Below are positions 56,102-64,000 of a DNA stretch of 64,000 nucleotides, piece after piece. A program made the translations under genes and the position numbers. Position 1 is the first letter of the stretch. Every line of letters starts with the position of its first letter. The DNA is taken from the NCBI GenBank assembly GCA_964291495.2, contig OZ219871.1, positions 1,504,001 to 1,568,000 on the forward strand. The letters run 5' to 3'. The notes under the pieces were generated by a model, which did no database searches, was not told the DNA's origin, and was given only the letters and a program-made list of their open reading frames with translations. The stretch is from Dehalococcoidia bacterium (GTDB lineage: Bacteria; Chloroflexota; Dehalococcoidia; UBA2979).

Positions 56102-58747
56102 CTATCCCCCGCCTCCCGTGACCGGGAAGCGCGGGGGCCCGTCCGACATCTCCGAGTCCGTTCCGGACGCCGGCTGTCCCGCGCCGTCCTGCGGTGGCGC
56201 CACGAACTCGCTGCTGCGCATCCACTCGCCCGGCCGCAGGTCGGCCGGCACGAAACGCACGTCCGGGGTGATCACGGCGCCGTTGGCGTCGCGGAAGCCG
56301 ATCTCGACGCGGCCGTCGGCGAGGCGCCGTGCGCGGATCCACCCGACGGGCTCGTCGTCCTGCTCGACCAGCGTGCTGATCTTCCAGCGGTCGACCTCGG
56401 CATCGACCTCGAGGAACCGCTTCCTCGGGACGAATGTCTGGCCGTCCGCGAATTCGACGGCGTGCTCGAGCCGCCCATCCTCGGCGAGCTGGACGATGAC
56501 GCGCAGCCGCTGCGGCCCCGGCGCGGCAGGCGGCGGCTCCGGCGGCGGCGGGACGAGCCGGAAGTGCACGGCGGTGTCCTCGATGCCCAGCTGGTCCATG
56601 AACCGCGCGACGCTGCTGCTGGAGCCGAACGCGGCGCAGATCGCGGCGTTCGTCGCGTAGCGGTAGAGCGGGAGCGCGAACCGCAGCTCGGCGTCGAGCG
56701 CGAGCAGCGCATCCATATCCTCCACCTCCGCTGCCGCGAGGGCGGCGCGCAGGTGGGCGGGGCCGGCGCCGCACGCGGCCCGTGCCGAGAGATCCGCGGT
56801 CATCCACTGAGCGACGGCGGGCGGCTCACCGTCCGCGGCGGCGCGGGTCGCCTCGATGACCGCCCGGGCCGTCACGGCCGGCGACACGACCGCCTCGGCG
56901 TACGTGAGCTGCGCGTGCACGGTGAGCGCTTCCTCGAGCGTGAGCCCGTCGCCCTCGGCGACCCGTGCCTGCAGCGCCGTCCAGGCGGCGGCCAGGGGCG
57001 CGTAGGAGTCGGCCGCTGCGTGCGCCAAGCCGAGCAGCAGGTCCTCGGCGGGCACGGCGGTGAACAGCTCGTCCCCGGCGAGCGCCTCGATGAGCCCGGA
57101 GGCGGCGACCGCGTCCGCGTGGAGGCGGCCAATCTCCGCAAGCAGTGTCCCCCTCGACAGGTCGTCGAGGCTGACCGGCTCTCCGGCCGCCTCGCCCGGC
57201 TCGCCGAGCGCGGCGATCAGGGGGCGCTCGAAGATGCCGGCGAGCAGGTACTCCTGCACGGCGGCGATGTAGATCGCCCGGGCCTCGATCTCCGGGTCGA
57301 TCTCCGCTTCCGGGTCGTCGACGAGGCTGACCTCGGGGATCACGGCGCCCTCGTCGATGCCCTCTTCGTCCTCGTCGCTCGGTTCGACACCTTCGCTCGG
57401 GATCGCGGAGACGAGGTAGTCCGTGTCGTCGATGCTGATGGTGACCGGGTCGAAGGTCGGGCCTGTCACCACCATGAGGTTGCGCCAGACGCCGTTGAAC
57501 CCGATCTCCTCCTCGTCCTCGTTGAACACCAGGAGCCCGACGAACACCCATGCCGGACCGGGGTTGGCAATCGTGAGCTCGAACGACTGGAGCTCGCCGA
57601 TCCCGACGCTCGTCGCGCTCGCCGTCACGGCGTCCGAGTGGTACGAGACGCCGGCCTGCCACCGTTCCGGCGAGGCCGGGACTTCCTGTCCGATATCGAT
57701 TATCCAGCGCGGTCCGCGGGCGTATGCGAGCGTGTACGACCCGTCGTCCGGCAGGTCGCCCAGACCGAGGTTGCCGACGCGGTAGTCGATGGCGAAGGGC
57801 TCGCCCGCGATGACCTGGTCGGGGGTGTGGACCGCCTCGACCTTGAGGTTGAAGCCGCGCTGCCGCTCCTCCTCGTCCAGCAAGCGCACCACGAGTTCGA
57901 AGTCGCTGGAGAGGGGCTGGAGATCGCGCTCCCGGTAGGTTGTTGCCTCGATCAGGTACAGACCCGGCGGGAGGTAGCGCTCGATCCGCGAGTTGATGCC
58001 CGCGCCGCCGTCGTCGTTGGCGCCGATCACGCCCCGCTCCGGCGACGCCAGGGAGAGCACGGGGTCTCCGTTCTCGGACGTGAGGTCGATCACCACGCGA
58101 CCGCCCTGCGCAAGGGTGAAGGTGTAGTTGTGGGCCGGGTGAGCGGCGACGATGCGGGAGCCGCAGGTATCGAGTGTCCAGGAGCCCGCTGCGGTCAGCT
58201 CGCCGCCGGGCTCGAGCGCGCCCAGATCAACCGGCTCGCAGCCGCTGAGCTGCTGAATCGAGACCGTGAAGTCCGCCGGCCCACGGGCACGCCCGCCGAC
58301 CGTAGTAGCCTCGACCAGGTAGACCCCGACGGCCATGTCCTGCTCGATGCGCGCATCCAGAATCGAGCCCCCGTCGTCCTCGTCTGCGATGCGGGTCTCG
58401 TCCTCGGTCAGCAGATAGAGGTACGGATCGCTGTCGGGCGATCGCAACTCGATCCTGACCCTGCCCGGAGCGGTGACCTCGAAGCGGTAGGTGTGCGCAT
58501 CGCTGTCGATGCGGAAGCGCGAGTCGCAGTCCTCGGTGGTCCAGCTCCCGCTTGCCTCCAGTCCGTCCTCGCTGCTCAGCGGGCCGAGGTCGATGACCTC
58601 GCAGTCCGGTGTGGTCTGGGCAGCGGCGGGCCGTGCGTTCTCAAGCGCGAGCGAGCCCGCGAGGAGCGCGATCGCGGCGCAGAGCGCCGCCACGAGCAGG
58701 TGGGTGCCTGTGCGCGCCCTGAGGCCCGCGTGGATTGAGTTGTACAT
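56102..58747 (-). CDS. Large secreted protein with two PPC-like domains, an Ig/CARDB-like domain, a helical region and a duplicated C-terminal module
   Basis: Signal peptide (...AAAQ); two repeats Y.F....V.I.L.S...DP.L.L....DDGG....RI....G.Y..EATT. Confidence 0.8.
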   Translation of the reverse strand: MYNSIHAGLRARTGTHLLVAALCAAIALLAGSLALENARPAAAQTTPDCEVIDLGPLSSEDGLEASGSWTTEDCDSRFRIDSDAHTYRFEVTAPGRVRIELRSPDSDPYLYLLTEDETRIADEDDGGSILDARIEQDMAVGVYLVEATTVGGRARGPADFTVSIQQLSGCEPVDLGALEPGGELTAAGSWTLDTCGSRIVAAHPAHNYTFTLAQGGRVVIDLTSENGDPVLSLASPERGVIGANDDGGAGINSRIERYLPPGLYLIEATTYRERDLQPLSSDFELVVRLLDEEERQRGFNLKVEAVHTPDQVIAGEPFAIDYRVGNLGLGDLPDDGSYTLAYARGPRWIIDIGQEVPASPERWQAGVSYHSDAVTASATSVGIGELQSFELTIANPGPAWVFVGLLVFNEDEEEIGFNGVWRNLMVVTGPTFDPVTISIDDTDYLVSAIPSEGVEPSDEDEEGIDEGAVIPEVSLVDDPEAEIDPEIEARAIYIAAVQEYLLAGIFERPLIAALGEPGEAAGEPVSLDDLSRGTLLAEIGRLHADAVAASGLIEALAGDELFTAVPAEDLLLGLAHAAADSYAPLAAAWTALQARVAEGDGLTLEEALTVHAQLTYAEAVVSPAVTARAVIEATRAAADGEPPAVAQWMTADLSARAACGAGPAHLRAALAAAEVEDMDALLALDAELRFALPLYRYATNAAICAAFGSSSSVARFMDQLGIEDTAVHFRLVPPPPEPPPAAPGPQRLRVIVQLAEDGRLEHAVEFADGQTFVPRKRFLEVDAEVDRWKISTLVEQDDEPVGWIRARRLADGRVEIGFRDANGAVITPDVRFVPADLRPGEWMRSSEFVAPPQDGAGQPASGTDSEMSDGPPRFPVTGGGG

Positions 58748-58818
58748 CTGCTTCTCCGTGCTTCACTCGTGCGCCACCGTACCGCACCGTGCGGAAACGA
58801 GGTATCAATAGCCTCGGC

Positions 58819-59649
58819 CTAGTGTTGCACCACCGCGCCGCCGTCGACGTTGATGCTCTGGCCGGTGATCCAGTTCCCCTGATCGCTGCACAGGTAGACC
58901 GTCATCCAGGCGATGTCCGAGCCGTCCGAGGCCCGGCCCAGCGGCGTACCCGCCGCGACGCGCTCGTCCCAGATCCGCCCGCGCGGGATGTCGTCCATGC
59001 GGAAGGTATCGACGGTGCCCGGGCAGATCGTGTTCACGCGGACGTTATAGCGTCCCATCTCGCCCGCCATGCAACCCGTCAGCGCGTGGATCCCTGCCTT
59101 GCTCGAGGCGTAGGCCGAGGCGTTCACGCTCAGCCGCTTCCCGGCCACCGAGGAGATGTTGACGATCGCGCCGCCCTCGTCCTGCTCGATCAGCCGCTGC
59201 CCGAAGTAGTGCGACATGTAGAACGTGCCGTTGAGGTTCACATCGATCACGCGCTGCCAGACGTCGATCGGGATCTCGACCGCGGGCATGCGGTCCGGTC
59301 CGCGCGCGAACGCTGCGTTGTTGATCACGAAGTCGATCCGCCCGAATTCCTCGAGGATCCGCGCGAGCAGCGCCTGCACGGCATCGGGGTCGCTCACGTC
59401 GCTGACCAGGGGCAGCGCGCGCCGCCCGGCAGCCTCGATCTCCTCGGCGACGGAGTCGATGTCGCGCCAGCCTGCTTCCTTCTCGTCGTCCGGGTAGCGT
59501 TCGGGCGGGCGGCCGGTGCCGGTGATGACGACGTCCGCGCCGGCCTTCGCCAGCTCCACGGCGATGCAGCGGCCGATCGAGCGCATGCGGCCCGCTCCGG
59601 TGACCACCGCCACCTTGCCCTCGAAGCCCGTCAGTTCGAGACCGGCCAT
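58819..59649 (-). CDS. SDR family oxidoreductase
   Basis: VTGAGRMRSIG, NNAA, NISS, YASSK, TGQSINVDGG. Confidence 0.93.
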   Translation of the reverse strand: MAGLELTGFEGKVAVVTGAGRMRSIGRCIAVELAKAGADVVITGTGRPPERYPDDEKEAGWRDIDSVAEEIEAAGRRALPLVSDVSDPDAVQALLARILEEFGRIDFVINNAAFARGPDRMPAVEIPIDVWQRVIDVNLNGTFYMSHYFGQRLIEQDEGGAIVNISSVAGKRLSVNASAYASSKAGIHALTGCMAGEMGRYNVRVNTICPGTVDTFRMDDIPRGRIWDERVAAGTPLGRASDGSDIAWMTVYLCSDQGNWITGQSINVDGGAVVQH

Positions 59650-59661
59650 CCCGTACCTCCC

Positions 59662-60699
59662 TCAGTACCCGCGATCGGGGTCGATGATGTTGTGCAGCTC
59701 CTCGCCGGCGAGGTAGCGGCGCAGGTTGTCGCAGAAGATCGAGGTCGCCACCTCGTTGTAGTTCTCGTTCCCGCCGCTGATGTGGGGCGTGAGGATCACG
59801 TTGTCCAGCTCCCAGAGCGGGCTGTCCGCGGGCAACGGCTCCCGATAGAACACGTCGAGCGCCGCGCCGGCGATGACGCCGTCGCGCAAGGCCTCGATCA
59901 GCGCCGGCTCATCGATGACCTCGCCGCGCGCGATGTTGATCAGGTACGAGCGATCGCCGCGCGCGCCCATCGTGCGCAACTGCGCGGCGCCGATCAGGCC
60001 GCGTGTCTCCTCGGTCAGCGGTGTGGCGAGCACCACGTAGTCGCTCTCCGCCAGCAGCTCGTCGAGGTCGCCCGGCGGCAGCACCTCGTCGGCGATCGCG
60101 TCCGGGCCGCGCTCGCTGACCGAGCGGCGGATCGCGAGCACGCGGCAGCCGATCGCCTTCGCAAGCCGCGCGCACTCGGCGCCGATCGCGCCCATGCCGA
60201 CGACGCCGACGGTCCGGTCGGAGAGGTTGCGGGGCATGACCATGCGGTCGTAGACAGCGGCGGCCTGGTTGCGCGCGAGCGCCGGCCAGCCCTTCTCGAA
60301 CATCAGCATGTACGTCAGCACATACTCCGCGATCGGCGTGGAGTGCAGCCCGCTGACGTTCGTGAAGGTCAGCCCCGCACGGATCAGATCCGGGTCGACG
60401 CGGTCCGCGCCCGCCGAGGTGAGCTGCACCCAGCGCAGCGCGTCCGGCAGGTCGTCGGGGCTCACGAGGCTCGGCATCGCGCCGCTCCAGAATCCGAACA
60501 TGACCTCGGCCTCGTCGAGCGCCGACCGGATCTCGTCGAGGGGCGTGGCCGCCTGAAGTTCGCTGGGGAAGCGCCGCTTGCCGCGCAGTGCGGCAAGCAA
60601 CTCCTGGCCGAGCACGGACACCTCGACGCGCGGATCGACGGCGCGGATGCGGTCTGCCAACTCGGGATCGAGGGCGAAGGTGACGACGACGCGCGTCAT
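59662..60699 (-). CDS. D-2-hydroxyacid dehydrogenase
   Basis: WVQLTSAG, IAEY, GMGAIG, PLTEET, NIARG, DVF..EPLP, TPHISG. Confidence 0.93.
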   Translation of the reverse strand: MTRVVVTFALDPELADRIRAVDPRVEVSVLGQELLAALRGKRRFPSELQAATPLDEIRSALDEAEVMFGFWSGAMPSLVSPDDLPDALRWVQLTSAGADRVDPDLIRAGLTFTNVSGLHSTPIAEYVLTYMLMFEKGWPALARNQAAAVYDRMVMPRNLSDRTVGVVGMGAIGAECARLAKAIGCRVLAIRRSVSERGPDAIADEVLPPGDLDELLAESDYVVLATPLTEETRGLIGAAQLRTMGARGDRSYLINIARGEVIDEPALIEALRDGVIAGAALDVFYREPLPADSPLWELDNVILTPHISGGNENYNEVATSIFCDNLRRYLAGEELHNIIDPDRGY

Positions 60700-61925
60700 C
60701 GCGACTCGCTTCCGCGCATCGTGAGCAGCGCGATGCTGGCGGTGAAGCCGTGTACGAAGGTCTTGCCGGCCACGGGGCCGATCTCGCCGCTGCAGAACAT
60801 GCCCGCGGTCGGCGTCGGGCCGAGCGCCTGCTCGAGCGCCTGCGCGTCGTGGTGCGGCTCGCCGAACAGGCCCTGCCCGCGGCCGTTGCAGGAGCAGAGC
60901 AGCGCTCCGAGCACCTGCTCGCCGGGGTTGAGCCGCATGCGCAGCGCGCGCAGGTGGTCACGCAGATCGAGGTCGGCCGCCGCGGCGTCGCGGAACTGGA
61001 ACTGCAGCGTCTGGCCGAGGCGGGGCGCGGCGTTGATCGCGATCGCGCCGCTCTCGCGGTCGCCGCCGAGGATGTTGCGGATCAGGAAGTCGCCGCGCGC
61101 GTGCTGGTGGCGGTACTCGTCCATCGCCAGACCCACCAGCAGGTTGCGCTGCGCCCGCTCCCGGGTCTCCGCGTCGAGCGCGGCGAGAGTCTCCTGCAGC
61201 ACGACCAGCGCGGGACGCGAGCCGAGCCCGCGCACGAGGTTGCCCTCGCACTCGGTGATCGTCCACGGCTGGCCGATCGGCTCGGCGCCCTGCGCGACGA
61301 TCGTGTGGATCCCGAAGGCGCCGCCGATGCCCACCAGCACCGCGCCGGCGTCGCGCACGTCGTCATCGAGGAAGACGGCGGTGTTGCGCTGCATCGGCTG
61401 CGCCGAGGCGAGTCCGCCGAGGACCGTCGCGTCCGCCTGGCGCTGCCCGATCGCGCCCACCAGCGCCTCGACGTCCGTGGTGAAGGGATCGGCGAAGAGC
61501 AGCCAGGCCTGCGCGGCGGCCCCCTGGACGCGATCGAGCGCGTCTCGGGCTTCCTCGTTGGAGCCGATCGCAAGCGTGGTGATCGTGGCGCCGGGCAGGC
61601 TGAGCGCGAGCAGCGAGATCGCGGGTTGGTCCTCGGCCTCGTGGCCGGGGCCGATCACGCCCATCCCGCTCGCGCCGGCCAGCCGCCGCGCGCCGGTTCC
61701 CGCGCGCAGCCGTTCCAGCGCCTCGCCGTAGTGGTCGGAGAAGCGCGAGTCGATGAAGGCGAGCGCGAGGTCAGGCTGCGCGTCGAGATCGAGCGCGGCG
61801 AGGACGGCGTCGCACGCCTCCTCCCAGGTCGCGCCGGACTGCACGGCCGCGGCGGCTCGCGCTTCGTTCGCCTGCGTGGCGGCCTGCGCGCCGCCCGCTG
61901 CCGCCTGCTCGTTCTCGCTCGTCAT
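60696..61925 (-). CDS. Stand-alone FIST-domain protein
   Basis: GASGMGVIG, LFADPF, LGGLAS, VAQG..PIG, FLIRN, CSCNGRG, GMFCSGEIGP, HGFT. Confidence 0.92.
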   Translation of the reverse strand: MTSENEQAAAGGAQAATQANEARAAAAVQSGATWEEACDAVLAALDLDAQPDLALAFIDSRFSDHYGEALERLRAGTGARRLAGASGMGVIGPGHEAEDQPAISLLALSLPGATITTLAIGSNEEARDALDRVQGAAAQAWLLFADPFTTDVEALVGAIGQRQADATVLGGLASAQPMQRNTAVFLDDDVRDAGAVLVGIGGAFGIHTIVAQGAEPIGQPWTITECEGNLVRGLGSRPALVVLQETLAALDAETRERAQRNLLVGLAMDEYRHQHARGDFLIRNILGGDRESGAIAINAAPRLGQTLQFQFRDAAAADLDLRDHLRALRMRLNPGEQVLGALLCSCNGRGQGLFGEPHHDAQALEQALGPTPTAGMFCSGEIGPVAGKTFVHGFTASIALLTMRGSESR

Positions 61926-61953
61926 CGGCCCCCCGTCCGCACGCCGTCCGGCG

Positions 61954-62490
61954 TCAGGCGATCGCGTCGGCGATCCCGTAGGCGACGCCGAGGATGATGC
62001 CTGCGACGATCACGCTGATCAGGGCGACGACAATCGCTCGACCCGTGCCGATGTCGAGGGCGGCGCGCACCGCGACGACCGTCGTGATCAGCACCCAGAT
62101 GGCGACGATCAGGCTTACGAGGGCGTTCAATACCGACACGACGCCGATCACCAGCAGGATACGCGGGCCGTTTGCGAAGCCGAGCGTGCGCGCCAGTTCG
62201 CCCCAGTCCGCGCTGGTCTCCCCACCGGCGAGGATCTTCGTGCCGATGAAGTAGGTGACCCAGGCGTAGACGGCCCAGCCCACCAACCCGCCCACGACCC
62301 CGAGGATCAGGCCGGCAACTCCGAGCTCGCCGATAGCGCCGACGCCGGCTGCTATCGAGCCAAGGACGACGATCGCAGCCGCCTGGCCTGTCGCGTCGCG
62401 GTCGTGCTCGACCTCCTCGTAGACGCTGCTGTCCAGTCGCGCCGCGCCGATCAGCCGATCGACAAACGAGCGCTGTTCCGTCATCTCCAT
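61954..62490 (-). CDS. YIP1-like membrane protein
   Basis: RLIGAARLD..VYEEVEHD..ATGQA, RTLGFA..P, about 5 TM segments. Confidence 0.8.
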   Translation of the reverse strand: MEMTEQRSFVDRLIGAARLDSSVYEEVEHDRDATGQAAAIVVLGSIAAGVGAIGELGVAGLILGVVGGLVGWAVYAWVTYFIGTKILAGGETSADWGELARTLGFANGPRILLVIGVVSVLNALVSLIVAIWVLITTVVAVRAALDIGTGRAIVVALISVIVAGIILGVAYGIADAIA

Positions 62491-62694
62491 GTCGCCTCCC
62501 CGGACTCATCGTTGCGAGGGCGCATCGTGAGGCCCCGCGAGAGTGTATGTTGGCGGGCGCACGCGCGTACATCGCAGATCGCGACACACGCGGCGGACTC
62601 GCGCAAAACGGTCCAACGCGGCACCATGTGCAACCGTCGCCCGGCGCGAGCACGCACGGGCGCGGAAGCGGCGGCGCGAGCTGGGGGAAGCAGA

Positions 62695-63483
62695 ATGACG
62701 ACTGCCTCGACGACGCACCAGGAACTCACCATCGAGGTCGCAGGCAGCGAGGTGTTCGTCCGCACCGGCGGCAGCGGCGACCCGCTCTTCGTGATCCATC
62801 ACGACATCGGCGCACACGCCTGGACCCCCTTCTACGAGCGCCTGGCGGAGAGCTTCACCGTCTACCTCCCGGACCTGCCAGGCTTCGGCAAGTCGAAGCG
62901 CCCGGAGTGGGCGCGCAACGTGCGCGACATCGTCGCGCTCGCCGGGCTGACGCTGGACGAGCTCGGGCTGCCGAAGGCGAGCGTCGTCGGCCTCGGCTTC
63001 GGGGGCTACATCGCCGCCGAGCTGGCGACGACGGCGCAGGCGCGCATCAACAAGCTCACGCTCGCCGGCGCGATGGGCGTGAAGCCCGAGCAGGGCGAGA
63101 TCTTCGACCAGTTCCTCGTGAGCCACGAGGACTACGTGCGCAGCGGCTTCGCCAACGAGGGCTCGTTCGAGGAGCACTTCGGCGATGAGTCGGACATCGA
63201 GCAGTTGATGGTCTGGGACATCAACCGCGAGATGACCACGCGCGTCGGCTGGAAGCCGTACATGCACAACATGGCGCTGCCTTACCTGCTGCCCAGCGTG
63301 CACACGCCGACGTTGCTGGTCTGGGGCGGCGCGGACACGATCGTCCCGGTGAACTGCGGCGCGCTCTACGCCGAGAAGCTGCCCGACGCTCGCCTCGAGA
63401 TCCTCGAGGGCGCGGGACACTGGCTCGAGCTCGATCGCCCGGACGACCTCGCCCGGCTGATCGTGGAGCACGAGGGCCGCTAG
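62695..63483 (+). CDS. Alpha/beta hydrolase-fold protein lacking the nucleophilic Ser
   Basis: PDLPGFGKS, GLGFGG in place of GxSxG, PTLLVWG..D, AGH. Confidence 0.85.
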   Translation: MTTASTTHQELTIEVAGSEVFVRTGGSGDPLFVIHHDIGAHAWTPFYERLAESFTVYLPDLPGFGKSKRPEWARNVRDIVALAGLTLDELGLPKASVVGLGFGGYIAAELATTAQARINKLTLAGAMGVKPEQGEIFDQFLVSHEDYVRSGFANEGSFEEHFGDESDIEQLMVWDINREMTTRVGWKPYMHNMALPYLLPSVHTPTLLVWGGADTIVPVNCGALYAEKLPDARLEILEGAGHWLELDRPDDLARLIVEHEGR

Positions 63484-63499
63484 CCGTAGCTCCGGCATT

Positions 63500-64000
63500 G
63501 CCCCGGACGAGCGCGCTGCGCGCGGCTCGGCCCACCCACCCGCCCTCAATGGATGCGGGGCTATGCCCCGCGCCCCCCTTCGTGGGGGCTGCGCCCCCAC
63601 ACCCCCGCTGCTGCTCGCCTCGGAAGGCTGGCGCGCCGATCCGGCCCCCTCTCCTGGGGGAGAGGGTGGGGGTGAGGGGGCTCGCCGGCCGGCCTGCGAT
63701 CTCGATGGGGTGTTTGCCACCCAGCCCCTTGCCCGGCGGAACGCCCCGGCTCCCCGTTCCCGTCGTTCCGGCGAAAGCCGGAACCCAGGCTCGGCAGACA
63801 CGCGAGTGCCCTCGGAAGGTTCGTTGCGCCCTCGGAGATTCGTGCCCGGCGAGGCTCCTCCCCCTCACCCCCCGCCCTCCCCCGCCAGGGGGGAGGGCGC
63901 CGGACCGCCCTCGGGGGTCGGCGCGCCGATCCGGTCCCCTCTCCGATCCAGCCCCCTCTCCTGGGGGAGAGGGTGGGGGTGAGGGGGCTCGCCGGCCGGA
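63500..64000 (+). repeat. Intergenic mosaic repeat cluster 4 (C, A, inverted B, inverted A, A), runs off the window
   Basis: C 63531-63606; A about 63641-63678; GTTCCGGCGAAAGCCGGAAC about 63765-63784; inverted A about 63860-63898; A about 63951-63985. Confidence 0.9.

Noticed and set aside
1020-61731. Very long antisense ORFs (e.g. 1020-3623, 40741-43521, 55952-58738, 58735-61731)
   Set aside because: They overlap well-supported genes on the opposite strand, lack motifs, and are expected from stop-codon scarcity at high GC3

Overview
High-GC (about 70%) bacterial chromosomal segment, almost fully coding. I found no rRNA, tRNA, CRISPR, prophage or IS genes. The gene repertoire (luciferase-like monooxygenases, SnoaL/NTF2 paralogs, family-5 binding protein, PPC-domain surface protein, sufR-type SUF operon) looks like Chloroflexota/Dehalococcoidia, possibly a marine or sponge-associated lineage; this is an inference. 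Content in order: Zn/Mn ABC transporter with an acidic His-rich tandem repeat, GltD-like oxidoreductase, HigBA, peroxiredoxin, hot-dog fold enzymes interrupted by a PD-(D/E)XK nuclease-like gene, AlkA-family glycosylase, an (R)-hydratase / B12 acyl-CoA mutase / acetoacetyl-CoA-reductase-like cluster, sufR-C-B-D-Rieske-S-U-T, MFS, Lon-like protease, paired acyl-CoA dehydrogenases, matrixin-like protease, menF-D-H-B-A-C, pncA-pncB, five tandem SnoaL-like genes with two near-identical F420-type LLM genes, further catabolic enzymes and a FIST operon. The most unusual signals are: (1) a modular intergenic repeat family (hairpins with covariation plus G-quadruplex motifs) forming a tandem array and a roughly 620-bp foldback; (2) an acyl-CoA mutase with an altered substrate-pocket motif in an ethylmalonyl-CoA-pathway-like context; (3) the SnoaL x5 / LLM x2 paralog cassette; (4) a duplicated roughly 50-aa C-terminal module on a secreted protein; (5) six genes with an exact -10 box / 6 nt / ATG leaderless arrangement. 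All calls are by eye from motifs; no database searches were run.
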